Positions 7,800-19,700 of a DNA stretch of 64,000 nt are shown piece by piece. The DNA comes from a virus, in IMG/VR virus record IMGVR_UViG_3300010158_000060, positions 8,334-72,333 of that record. The stretch is one strand, 5' to 3'. Under the pieces are notes generated by a model. That model was not told where the DNA came from. It was given only the letters and a program-made list of their open reading frames with translations, and ran no database searches. Position numbers and translations under genes: made by a program. Position 1 is the first letter of the stretch. Every line of letters begins with the position of its first letter.

Positions 7800-10604
7800 A
7801 TGAAAGTAAGAATTAAAAAAGTACCGCAAGCTAGAACAGGATACCAAGTACAAGGTTCTTTAGCTAATGATGTACCAGCTATGGGTGGTGCAGATTACAA
7901 TGCTTATATAGGTAAACCAAATCTAAAAGCCAGCAAGTATATAACGGCTGTTCCTAGAGAAGAAGCTAATCTAGAAGCAGAAGGAGGAGAAACTGTATAT
8001 GGTGACATCAATGGTGATGGAATGCCAGAACACAAAACTATCAAAGGTCCAAGACACTCTGGAGGAGGTGTTCCATTAAACTTACCTGATGACACTTTTA
8101 TATATAGTGACTTCAGAGGTATGAACATTAAAGAACCTGAGTTCTTACAAATGTTTGGTAAAGGTAGTAAGGGTAAGAAAAGTTATACTCCAGCGGCACT
8201 TGCTAAACAATATGATATTGAGAAATACAGAAAGATTCTTCAAGATCCAGACTCAGATGCAATTGATAGAAAAACTGCAGAGCTGATGATTAAAAATTAT
8301 CAAAACAAACTTGCAGCATTAGCATTAGTACAAGAAGGTAAGAAAGGATTCCCTCAAGGTATGCCAGCTGTTGCAAAACCTATGCTTACAGAAAATCAAT
8401 ATTCAGAAGATACATTTGTTGATCCTTCTATTAAAGAATTTGCTGGACAAATAGATGGTAAATTACAAGAAGTAGAACAAAAACAAAATACTGAAGAACA
8501 AGATCCTGACTATGCTCAACAAGCTGAAGAGATGAATGAAGGTCAACCTATTGCTCAACCTACTGCACAGTATGGTATGTCAATGGGTGGATATGATTTA
8601 CCTTATGGTGATGATATGCCAGAAGCAGAGTATGGTATGTCTATGGGTATTACTTCTAAGAACTATATGGGAAGACCTAAGTCTGCTATGTATGCTAGAG
8701 GAGGTGCTTTAAGAACATACCAAGGTAAAGAAGGTGCTAGTTCTACTGGTGCTACAGGAGGTGCTCCAGCTGATAGTGATGTAATTGATGTTACAGGTTT
8801 GGATGAAAATGCAGCTAATGCTAAATATTATACTTGGATGGATAGACATCCAAATAAAGAACCTAAAATAATGTTGAATGGTAAAGCTGCTAGATATGTA
8901 CCACCATCTAAAAAAGACAGTCCAACACTTGACGATCTTAAAGCATTGCATCAATCTCAATACAAATATTTAGAAACAGAATTAAATGATCCAAAATCAA
9001 AAGTTAGAGAAGCATATTTAACAGAATATAAAAATGCATTACAAAATAGAAAAGCTTATGGAAATAGTCCAAATGCAAATAAAAGGTTTGAAATGTATTC
9101 TAAAATGGATATAAAACCTGAAGATGCAATAAAAAGTTTATTAGATCAAAAGAAAAGAAATGATTCAATCAAAGAAAAAGGTATAGATATGCAACTTTTT
9201 TCAAATGAGAATGCTCAACTTTTAACACCAGAAAAAATGGTTGCTGCTGGTATTAAAAAAGGTGATGGCTCACCTATGACTCTTGATGATGCTAAAAAAA
9301 TACATAAAGAATACACAAATAATAATTGGACAACTAGAGATCAAGTTGCAAAAGCAGCAGGTGTTACAATACCTGATCCAAAAACAACCATATTAGAACA
9401 AGCTAGTACTCATGCAATTGCAGGAATGGCCAAACAAAAAAAGAATGGTACTTATAATAATTTTGATGATGATCAATCATATAAAATGTATCAATTTTTA
9501 GGAAAAGATAAAAGTAGAGAAACTAATACTGGTGCTGCAGATGAAAGTTCAATGGGAAGTTTATATGGTTCTGAGTACAACACAATGTCTCCAATAGATG
9601 GTGTTCCAACAAATTCAACATTAGGTCATGGTTTTGATCCAGCTATTGATAAAGGAAAATTTGAAGCTGTACCTGAAGAAAAAAATAATCAAGTAGCAGG
9701 ACCATGTCCAGAATGTACTAGAGCTGATGGTAGTGCTTATGTACCAGAAAGAAATGCTGATGGTAGTTGTCCTCCATGTGTAGAAAGTGGTACTCCTGCT
9801 CAAGAGACTGAACCTAAAATGTGGTTGCAAGATAAAATGAAAATTGCAGGTGCTTTTGGTGATTTAATGGGTGCTAAGAAATACATGCCTTGGGCTGCTA
9901 AGTATGATTTGAGAACACCAAAACCTACATTCATGGATCCAACAAGAGAACTTGCTGCTAATGCTGAGCAAGCTAATATACAAACACAAGCTCTTGGTCA
10001 GTTTGCAGGACCTCAAGCATTGTCTGCTAGATCTTCTGGTGTAATGGGTGCTGCTAGTAAAAATGCTGCGGATGTAATGGCTAAATACAATAATGCCAAT
10101 GTAAACATTGCTAACCAATTTGAATCCAATATTTCTAATATTGAGAATCAAGAGCAACAATTAAATACTGCTTCTCAACAAAAACTATATGATCAGAATA
10201 CTATTTCTAATCAACAGTATGATAATACTAAGAGAGCACTGAGAAATAATTTATTAAATCAAACTACATCAGGTATTACAAACATGATGAAAACAGATGC
10301 TATGAATCAGATATATCCTCAGTTTGATGTTGATGCATCAAGTGGTGGTAAAGTTACTTATGATCCAACAAAATCTAGAAAAGTTAAACCGGAAGTATCA
10401 GGAAGTAGTTATGAAGCTTTCCATAAAGAATGTTCAAAATTATATAAAGATGAAACTCAGATTGAAAAATGTGTAAATAAAAAAATGAATACTGCATCAT
10501 CTAGTGGAGGTGAAGATGATGATGATGCTCAAAAGGTTATGTCAATATATAAACAAAAAGGAGGATTTATGTATGGTGATATAACTTACCCATTCATACT
10601 CTAA
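7800..10604 (+). CDS. crAss-like virion cargo protein (934 aa)
   Basis: N-terminal NLEAEGGETV..GPRHSGGGVP..FIYSD block resembling crAss-like structural/cargo proteins; N/Q/A-rich coiled-coil C-terminus. Confidence 0.55.
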   Translation: MKVRIKKVPQARTGYQVQGSLANDVPAMGGADYNAYIGKPNLKASKYITAVPREEANLEAEGGETVYGDINGDGMPEHKTIKGPRHSGGGVPLNLPDDTFIYSDFRGMNIKEPEFLQMFGKGSKGKKSYTPAALAKQYDIEKYRKILQDPDSDAIDRKTAELMIKNYQNKLAALALVQEGKKGFPQGMPAVAKPMLTENQYSEDTFVDPSIKEFAGQIDGKLQEVEQKQNTEEQDPDYAQQAEEMNEGQPIAQPTAQYGMSMGGYDLPYGDDMPEAEYGMSMGITSKNYMGRPKSAMYARGGALRTYQGKEGASSTGATGGAPADSDVIDVTGLDENAANAKYYTWMDRHPNKEPKIMLNGKAARYVPPSKKDSPTLDDLKALHQSQYKYLETELNDPKSKVREAYLTEYKNALQNRKAYGNSPNANKRFEMYSKMDIKPEDAIKSLLDQKKRNDSIKEKGIDMQLFSNENAQLLTPEKMVAAGIKKGDGSPMTLDDAKKIHKEYTNNNWTTRDQVAKAAGVTIPDPKTTILEQASTHAIAGMAKQKKNGTYNNFDDDQSYKMYQFLGKDKSRETNTGAADESSMGSLYGSEYNTMSPIDGVPTNSTLGHGFDPAIDKGKFEAVPEEKNNQVAGPCPECTRADGSAYVPERNADGSCPPCVESGTPAQETEPKMWLQDKMKIAGAFGDLMGAKKYMPWAAKYDLRTPKPTFMDPTRELAANAEQANIQTQALGQFAGPQALSARSSGVMGAASKNAADVMAKYNNANVNIANQFESNISNIENQEQQLNTASQQKLYDQNTISNQQYDNTKRALRNNLLNQTTSGITNMMKTDAMNQIYPQFDVDASSGGKVTYDPTKSRKVKPEVSGSSYEAFHKECSKLYKDETQIEKCVNKKMNTASSSGGEDDDDAQKVMSIYKQKGGFMYGDITYPFIL
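8565..8648 (+). repeat. Two 24-bp in-frame near-direct repeats, 60 bp apart (AQYGMSMG / AEYGMSMG)
   Basis: gcacagtatggtatgtcaatgggt at 8565 and gcagagtatggtatgtctatgggt at 8625. Confidence 0.8.
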
Positions 10605-10618
10605 ACTTTTGATGTTTA
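10602..10618. promoter_or_regulatory. Imperfect 17-bp palindrome TAAACTTTTGATGTTTA, copy 2
   Basis: TAAAC-N7-GTTTA; similar to 5050-5066. Confidence 0.35.
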
Positions 10619-10664
10619 TAGAGAAATTAAAAATTTTATAGATTTACAATAGAAAAAATTAGCT

Positions 10665-13600
10665 ATGGCAACATATATACAAGGTGTAACAGATTATATT
10701 CCTGATTTTCAACCATTTCAGCCTGACTATAATTTTTATAATAATGTTTTGCAAACAAAGCAAAATCAGTATGATAAGAATTATAAGCAATTAAATAATC
10801 TATATGGACAATTATACTATCAAGATGTTACTAGAGATTCTAGTACTAAGATGAAAGATGATTATTTAAAAAATATAGATTATGAATTAAAAAGAGTATC
10901 AGGTTTAGATTTATCTCTTGAGCAAAATGTAGAACAAGCTAAACAAATCTTTAGACCTGTCTATGAAAACAAGAACTTGATGAAAGATATGGCTCTTACT
11001 AAGAACTATAAAGATGAAAAGTCAAGAGCATTAGCATTAGCATCAAGTAAAAATAAAGAAGATAGAGGTGCTTACTGGGATGTAGGTATTAAAGACATGG
11101 ATTACAGATTAGAAGAATTTAAAAATGCGGCAGAAGCTGATGTTTTAAGTTTTGGAAATATCATGTATACTCCAAATGTTAATGCTACTCAACAGTATAT
11201 GGACTTAGCTAAAAAGTATAATTTATCTGTTGACATAACTCAACCAGATAAATCTGGTATGTATATGGTTAGACAAAAGAATGGAGATCTTATCATTCCT
11301 ACATTACAAAAGATGTTTTATGCTGATTATATTAATGATCCTGCTTTACAAAAGAAATATGCTACAGAAGCATATGTAAGGAGAAAAGATGAATCTAAAG
11401 CAAGAGCAAGTAAATATGGCAATAATGAAATTTTAGCTGAAAAAGAATTCTTAAAAGAACAGTTTTTATTTCTTAAAGATTATACAAAAGAAAAAACAAA
11501 ACAAGCTGAAGAAGCTGTATCAGCATCTACTAATCAAAAGAATAATGTAGAACAAGATATTAGTAATGGTGAAGTAAATCCATTTCAACCCGCTTACTTA
11601 CAAAAAATTGCTCAAGCAATTGAAGTAGATGAAATTGTATATAAACATAATAAAGATTTAAGTCAAGAACTTGATCCATCTGGTAATACTTATACTGGAG
11701 AAAATACTATAACTAGTGTTGAAGGATTAAATTTAGATAATCTTGAACAAGCAAGATATGATGTTGATAGATTGCATGCAAGTTATTTAGCTGAGAGAGA
11801 TATAATGTCTGCTGCAGATGCTTATTCTAGAAATGATATGATCTATAAGCAGGAAATCAGCCCTTTAGGACTTGAGACTGTTAGACATCAGCATGCAATG
11901 GAAAGAGATCAAGAAAATAATAGAAGAGCTGATTTAAGAGCTTCTGCAAAAATACAAGCTGCTTCTGATGATGCTCTTAATAAATGGAAGTTGGATAATG
12001 GTTTTGCTGAAATAGATCCTGAAACAGGAAAAGTTGTTAATGTTAAAGCGGGAGCTCAAGAAGAAGAATCAGGTGATGGTGGTGAAGGTGGTCAAACAGA
12101 GGACCGTTCAGTAAACTCTATTAAATATAACAGAAAGGTTTTAAATGAGCATGTTGATAAACTATCAAGTGAATACATAGATACTTGGGTTAATACAATT
12201 AAAAATGGTATTGATGGTAAAGAAATTTATGCTAATGACTTAGCATATTTGTTTGGTACAGATCGTGCAGGAGGTCAAAAAATATGGGATAAAATTAAAA
12301 ATGAATATGATAATGGTGCAGATGGTAGACAAAAACTTGTTAGAGATCTTACACTTAATGCTAAAATTTTTGATTATAAAAAAAGAATGGATGCCTGGGC
12401 ATTAAAACATAATGCAGGAGGAACAGGATTGAAATATAATAAAACATCTTCTATTTCAAGTTATAAACTTGATCAAATGAAGACATTTTATAGCATGCAC
12501 TTACAAATTAAAAAAGAAAATGAAAACAGAATTGCTAGTTCTTTAAGTACAAAATTAGAAGCTAGAGGTATTGAAGATAAAGCACTAAGATATACTATTA
12601 TTGATCAGTATCTTAAAAAATATGTTACTGGTAAAGCATGGGAAGATGATGAATTTAATGATATGCTTGAAAATACTCTTGACAGTTATGAAAAAAGAAC
12701 AGGTAAACAAGTAAAAACTCCAGGATTCTTTTCTAGAACTGGTCAGCTTATTGCAAATATACCTAATATGATAGGTGCTTCAGTTTCACCTAATCCGACT
12801 AATATGTATAAAGCGGGTAAAGCAATTAAAAATTTTTCTAATGGTGATTTATTAGGTGATATGAATGAAACATATGAAGATATTGTTTATAGTCCTGATC
12901 ATAAGTTAGGTTTATTATCTTATTTACCAAGTATAAAAAGTACAGCTGGTGGTAAAACTTCATTAGGAGCAACTCCAACTTCTGTTAATGTAAACTTAGG
13001 TAGAAAGGATGATAACTTAATTTACTTTAATCAATTTCTAAATGATGTAAGAAAAATTAATTTTAATCAAGCTGATAAAAATTCTTATAGAGTTTCTTTA
13101 AAAGGTAACCAGTATGATCCAGATGCAGAAATTGATATTAATTTAAATAACAAATTAAAAAATATGTTATTTGATTTATCAACTATGTCAAAAAATAAAA
13201 GCCAAAAAGGTAATCCAACTATATTTAAACTTATTCAATCTCAAATTGGTGCTGAAAATTCTGATTTAGGAGCAATGAAAGTTAAAAATATACCTAATGA
13301 AGTTATTGAAAAATATTTTGATAAAAAGGCTGATGCTCAAATAATTTCTGATTTACAAACAAATGGGGTTACTTATATTGCACCAGCAAGTAGTTGGAAA
13401 AATAGTTTATTCCAATCTAATAAAGTCACTCCTACAGAAGCAGTATTAAATACTGGTAAAAAAATACAATACATTGATCCTGTTTATGGACATAAACTTA
13501 TCCTTGATAGAGATAATGTTACTGGTAACTATCGCTATACTACTACAATAAGAGCAGTTGATGACAATGGTGAATATTATGAACTAAAAGAATCTAGTAT

Positions 13601-13787
13601 AGCACAACCATTTGGTAAACAAATTGATGGTAAATTAAGTGAGATAATGAAAAGTTTTGCTGATGCTAATGAAATACTTTCTGATGATTTTAAAAAATAT
13701 CACGGTTCTAATAATGAAAAAACTGTTAAATCTTTTCAAGATAAATTTGGTAGAGTTCCTAAAGATTCTGGATATAAAATATTATAA
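10665..13787 (+). CDS. Virion (internal/cargo) protein, 1040 aa
   Basis: Long ORF with helical N-terminal half (MATYIQGVTDYIP..FQPDY), located between cargo genes and the giant vRNAP-associated genes. Confidence 0.5.
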   Translation: MATYIQGVTDYIPDFQPFQPDYNFYNNVLQTKQNQYDKNYKQLNNLYGQLYYQDVTRDSSTKMKDDYLKNIDYELKRVSGLDLSLEQNVEQAKQIFRPVYENKNLMKDMALTKNYKDEKSRALALASSKNKEDRGAYWDVGIKDMDYRLEEFKNAAEADVLSFGNIMYTPNVNATQQYMDLAKKYNLSVDITQPDKSGMYMVRQKNGDLIIPTLQKMFYADYINDPALQKKYATEAYVRRKDESKARASKYGNNEILAEKEFLKEQFLFLKDYTKEKTKQAEEAVSASTNQKNNVEQDISNGEVNPFQPAYLQKIAQAIEVDEIVYKHNKDLSQELDPSGNTYTGENTITSVEGLNLDNLEQARYDVDRLHASYLAERDIMSAADAYSRNDMIYKQEISPLGLETVRHQHAMERDQENNRRADLRASAKIQAASDDALNKWKLDNGFAEIDPETGKVVNVKAGAQEEESGDGGEGGQTEDRSVNSIKYNRKVLNEHVDKLSSEYIDTWVNTIKNGIDGKEIYANDLAYLFGTDRAGGQKIWDKIKNEYDNGADGRQKLVRDLTLNAKIFDYKKRMDAWALKHNAGGTGLKYNKTSSISSYKLDQMKTFYSMHLQIKKENENRIASSLSTKLEARGIEDKALRYTIIDQYLKKYVTGKAWEDDEFNDMLENTLDSYEKRTGKQVKTPGFFSRTGQLIANIPNMIGASVSPNPTNMYKAGKAIKNFSNGDLLGDMNETYEDIVYSPDHKLGLLSYLPSIKSTAGGKTSLGATPTSVNVNLGRKDDNLIYFNQFLNDVRKINFNQADKNSYRVSLKGNQYDPDAEIDINLNNKLKNMLFDLSTMSKNKSQKGNPTIFKLIQSQIGAENSDLGAMKVKNIPNEVIEKYFDKKADAQIISDLQTNGVTYIAPASSWKNSLFQSNKVTPTEAVLNTGKKIQYIDPVYGHKLILDRDNVTGNYRYTTTIRAVDDNGEYYELKESSIAQPFGKQIDGKLSEIMKSFADANEILSDDFKKYHGSNNEKTVKSFQDKFGRVPKDSGYKIL

Positions 13788-13789
13788 TA

Positions 13790-16700
13790 ATGGCAAATAC
13801 TAAGGTTGTTCCAAGCATGGCAGATTTAGATATTAATAATTTATCTAACACAAGTAAAATTATTGACACTAGACAAGCAATGTCTGGTGTGACTCCTAAT
13901 ACACCAGCTAAAAATACTAGTAGTAGTAGAGATCGTATGAAAGCTATTTCTAATTCAATTACTGCAAGTGATGCTGCTTTTCAAGATAAGAATGAATATG
14001 GTAATGTATATGCTTATGATAATAGTCCATCAGGACCTTCTTTTAAAGCAAGATACAAAGCTTATGGTCAAGAGACTTATAATAAAATAGGTTTTGATCC
14101 TAATATTGATAATGAAGCTGTATACAATCAACAGACAAATACATTTGATGATATGAAAAGGTGGGCTGTAAATGCAGCCTTACCTATGGTAGGACTTGGT
14201 TTTATGTCTCCTTTAAATTCATATGCAAGTGGTTTTGGAGGTGATCTTGATGCAAGTAGACAAGAAGCAAAAGATTATGAGTATTACAATGCTATAGGTT
14301 ACTCTAGTAAAGGTGGTGTAGGTGGATTTACTACAAACTTACTAAACTCTGTTTCATACTCTGCAGGTATTTTATTAGAAGGTGCTGCAGAAGGTATGAT
14401 GATTGGTGCTGCTGTTGGAGCTGTAGGAGGTGGAGGTGCAGGTGCTGGTCCTGGTGCTCTTATAGGTGGTGCTATAAAAGGGTTAGAAGCATTTGCAAAA
14501 ATTCCTAGTGCCCTTTTTCAATCAGTTAAAAATATTGGTAAAATTAGTACTGCTGTTAATGAATTAAAAAACATAAATGCTGCTAAGAACTTTTTTACAT
14601 CAGCTGTAAAAGGGACCGCTAAATTTTTAAATCCATTAGAGAATACATATGATGCATACAAATCTTTAAAAGGAGTTGATGACATAACTAGATTAGCTAA
14701 GGTATCTAAAACTGCTGGTGCATTTTGGCATGATATAATGGGTGTAAACTTAGCATTATCTGAAGGTAGATTGGAAGGAGGTTTTGCTCAGAAATCTGTT
14801 TATGATAAATTGTACAATGACCACTATGCTAAATTTGGTCAAGCTCCATCTTCTGAACAACAAGTAGAAATGATGAAGCAAGCTAAAAAAGCTGGTTTTA
14901 AAAATACAATATGGAATACAGGATTAGTATTTAATTCAAACAAGATTGCTTTTCCTTCTATTACAAGAGCTAGTTTTTTAAAAGGTGTACCTAGATTTAA
15001 TTTTGGAAAAGTAGTAGGAGAAGTTGGAAAAGAATTTCAACTAGTATTTAATCCAGCAGATGATATTGCAAAATCTTATTATTCTAAAGAAGCTATATCT
15101 TTAAAAAATTCTCTTAAAGCTTTAAAAGATCCAAAAAAACTTGGTGCAGGAGCATTAAACTACTTTAAGAAAAATCTTGTTGAAGGTGCTCAGGAAATTG
15201 GTCAGGAAGTTTTAGCTTCAGCAACAGAAAAACAATTTGTTGATGGTTATTATAGCAAAGCTTCATCAGGATATATGTATAGTATCGGAGCTTTATTAGA
15301 TGGACTTGGTAAACAAATGAATGAACAAGGTGCAGAAACATTTGCATCTGGTTTCTTAATGGGAAGTTTACTAGAAGGACCAAGTAAATTATTTAAATTT
15401 GGTACTAAGAACTTTAGTAGATTATATACAGATAAAGCATTATATGAAAAAAATCTAAAAGAAAGAGGAGCTCAAGCAGACAACATTGTCAATGCATTAA
15501 ATAACATGCATAAAAATGCTAAGTATTTCTTTGATCCTAGAATGAGTAATTATTCTACACAAATGCTTGTAGCAAAAGCTGTGGATAATCCTGATAATGT
15601 TACTAAGAAAGACGCTAAAGATTTAGAATTTCAGGCTTTTCAAAGTTCAGTACTTACAGCTTTAAGAACAGGAACTTTTGATATGTTTGTTAAAAATCTT
15701 GGTGATTACAAAACATTATCTCCTGAAGAACTAGAAGAAGCATGGTCATTAGAACAAGGTCAAGGAGAGAAAGCTTTACAAAATATTGATAAAGCAATTA
15801 ATTCTGCAAAAGTAACTGAAGCAAGATTTAATTATGCAAGAGATAAGTTCAAAGACTTTGTTGACTTAAATAACTATAAAGAAGGTTCACCAGAACATCA
15901 AGTAGCACAAATATATAACCAAGCATATCTGGAATCAATAAACAGCTTTGTGTTCCTACAGAACAGTTTTGATGACGGACTAAAGAGACTAGAAAAGTTA
16001 TATGGTTCTGCTAATAAAATTAAATCTTTGTCATCAAGTGCTTTTAGTAATTTCAGTATTTTATCTGACGCTAATAAATTAAGTGCTCAGATCAATTACC
16101 TTATGGAAGAAATTGATTCTGCAGCTTCTACAAATGATCCTAGACTGTCTGAAGAAATCAATAGAAAAAGAACATTACTTAATGCATTAAATACATTTCA
16201 TACTACCCAAGAAAATATCACAGGTGCAAATCTTATGGAAGTTTTAAATAACATTAAAGAAAATGGTGATGTTAGTGACTCAAGAGTAACAGATTATTTA
16301 GATAGTTTTCAAGATGTACTTGAAGCTATAGCTATCAATAATAAAGAAGATGGATCTTTTGATGATGTAGATCAAGTAAAAGCAAAATTAAGAGCTGAGC
16401 TTGACAATAATGGAGGTATTGATGATCTTTTTGGTTCTTTGTTTGACATTCATTTGTTAAGACATGAGAACACAGCAATGGCTAAATATGTTAACATGTT
16501 GGCTGATCCTCAAGGTTTTTATGATCATTTAAATAAAAACTTCACTTGGATGAAAGATCTTTATAATAACAGAAAAGAATATTATAAAGAAATTGTAAAT
16601 AAAGAAATCTCTGATGTGGAGAAAAATGAAGTATTAAATACTTTAGCTTCTAAAGGTATATTTGTTGATTTAGATGAGTTTGCTGAATGGTGTAATAATC

Positions 16701-19700
16701 CAAATTATTTACCATCTTATTTTATAGACACAACTAAAGAAATGATTATAAATCAAGATAGTGTTTTATATGAAGAGTATGCTTATTTATTTCAAATAGC
16801 AGCTCAACTATCTGAACAAAGAGCAGCAGGTGATCCTGCAACCTTGCAACAAAAATATGAAGATAGGTTATCTGAATTAAGACAACAAAAAACTACTGAA
16901 TTAAATAAAGCAAATGAAGATTTTGAACAAGCATTTAAAGATGAAACAGGAGTTGAGTTACAAGATGCATATGCTCAAAATCAAGAAGCTTATGATAAAA
17001 ATAAACAATTAGAAGAGGATCAAAAACTTGCTTCTGAAAAAATTAATAAGCTTCAAACTTTATTAGATGTAATTGGTAATGATCCTGTAGATTCAAATAA
17101 AATTACAGAACTTGCTGATGAATTATTATCAGCAGAAGAACTACAATTAATAGAAGAAGAAACAGATAGTACTCTTATTAATGCTATTGCATCACGTCAA
17201 TTTAAAAGACCTAAGGCTGGTTCTGATCCTGATATTATTGATAGAACAATTGATATTATATATGCTTTAACAGAAAAATCTCCTACACTACTTGCTCAAA
17301 AAATTGAAGAACAAAATAATATTCTTAAACAAAATCCTTTAGAGATAATTAGTGTTAGTGATACTAAATCTTTCAAAGTTAATGAAGAAAGAATTGGTGC
17401 TATAAACACTAGATATGATAAGTTTGAAGCTGATTTAGAAACAGAGTTTAAAGAAAAAGGCATAGACAGAGTAACTCAAGAAGATTTTACTGCACAGATG
17501 GGTTATGATGCTTATCCTCAAGATTTGCAAAATGAAGTTAATGAAAAATTTGATGCTTATTTAGAGTCTATTGATATAGATCCGGCAAGTTTGCAAGATA
17601 CTGATGTAATTAAATATTCTAATTTAAGACAGAACTGGTTAGAAAGTTCTGATGGTGCATCTTTATTAAATGAATACAATAAGAAAGTTAGAGAAGAAGG
17701 TGAAGCTAGAGCTAAAGCTTTGAAAGAACCTCCTGTTTTAACTTCTAGAATTGCTAAGAATTTAAAGATAGAAGCAACAATTCCTATAAGTAATTTAAAT
17801 GCAATTATAGACAAACTAGAGAATGCAGTTAAAACTAAAATCTACACTACTTATAAAAATGGTCAGGTAGATAGAGAAATAAAACTTACAGATCAAGATC
17901 TTAAAGAAATAGGAGAAGACATTGATAAACTTAAAACATTCCTACAGTACAGACAAGGCTCATTACAACCAGTAAGTTTAGCAGAAAAAGTATTAGAAAG
18001 TTTTAAGAAAGGTGTTGCAGCTAGACAAGATGAATTAGTTGATGTATTTGATGAAGATGGTAACAAGATAGGTAGAAAATTTGCTGATGATCCTGATAAT
18101 AAACTTACTACCAGAGTAACTACAATTTCTGATAACATGGCTTCTAAAGTACCAGGTACAAAAAAACCAGGTTATGATGATGAGTATGTAAATGAGATTG
18201 TAAAAGCATTCTTTTCTGAATATAATCTTGCAGTTAAAAAAGGTGATGTTGATGCATTTGATAAAGCATGGAAACTATTTACTGAACTTGCAAGAACAAA
18301 CTATAAACAGTTTAATAATGAGCAAAAGAAAGCTAGAATTAGAGCTGCATTAGAAAAAGATACAACAGAAGAAAACTTTAAAAAATTAATTGAAAAAGAA
18401 TCATTTTCAAATAATGCTCAAGCTGGTACTAATCTAGATGCTGCTACAAAAATGTTCTTTACTATTGATGCTGCTACAGGTACCTGGGCTTCATTTAAAT
18501 ATAGTGACAGTGTAGAAATTGACGGTAAAGAAACTAAAATTTCAGACATCATGAGTGAATCTGCTTTTAATCAAATGTTTGGTGAAAGAGGAATTGTTAC
18601 AAGATTTAGAGCTGATTTAGATACAAAAGGTTATTTACCACTTACTAATAATGTTAAACTATTTGACAAAAGTTTATTAGAAAATGGTGTTTCTGGTGAA
18701 ACAGATTTAGTATTGATTAATACTAAAGGTGAGATCATGATTGTAGACTTTAAAACATCTGTATCTTGGAATAGTTTTAATAATCCAACCAGCTGGAAGA
18801 ATGTTGCATATAGAGCTCAGCTTTCTATTTATAGAAACTTGTATCATAATATGACAGGTGTTACTCCAAAGATTGCATTATTCCCAATGAGAATTAGATT
18901 GGATAAGAATGCTTCTTCATATGTTACTGAAGTAACTGTTGGTGGTGAAAAATATAAAGATAAACCATTAGAACCATTAGTTCCAAACACAGCTAAGTTA
19001 TTTAATACACTTGAACTTGAATACTTACCAGATGTAGAAGCTGAAGGTATAACTTTGTCTACACCAGCAATTGCTGCAGAGATAGAAACTTCGGGTGAAG
19101 AAGGTGTAAAAGTTGAACCAAGTTTACAAATAAATGCTTCTGATACATCTAAAGTATTACTTAAAGATAATGTAGGTAAGCAAGTGATTTACAATGGTAA
19201 GATTGGTACTTTAATTTTACAAGATGATGGAACCTATGGTGTAGAAGTTGATTTAGGTTTTGAACAATCTATGTCTGAAGCTTTAATAGGAAATGAAGAA
19301 ACAGGACTAAAGGCTGATTTGGCTCTTGCTGAAGGGGAATTTGGAGATCCTAAATTAGCTGCTGAAATCAAGAAAAAAATTGAGGACTTACAAAAGACTC
19401 AAAAAGGTAAAGAAATATATCCTCTTCTTTCAAAAAATAAAAATATTACTGATGGTAGTGTTGAATTAATTAATGCAGGTTTAGCTTTAATAACACCAAT
19501 TGAAAACATTGGTCAAATTTCTATTATCAAAGGGACTGTTATAGATGCTAAGTTTGAAAATAGTAATGAAAACATTGCAATTGTAAATGGAGTAAGATAT
19601 ACTGTAGGAAGAAATGCTTTAGGTGAGATAACTCAACTTGTTTATTTTAAGAATGATGCAAAAAGAGATGAACTTGATCAATCAATTTCTGCTTTAACAA

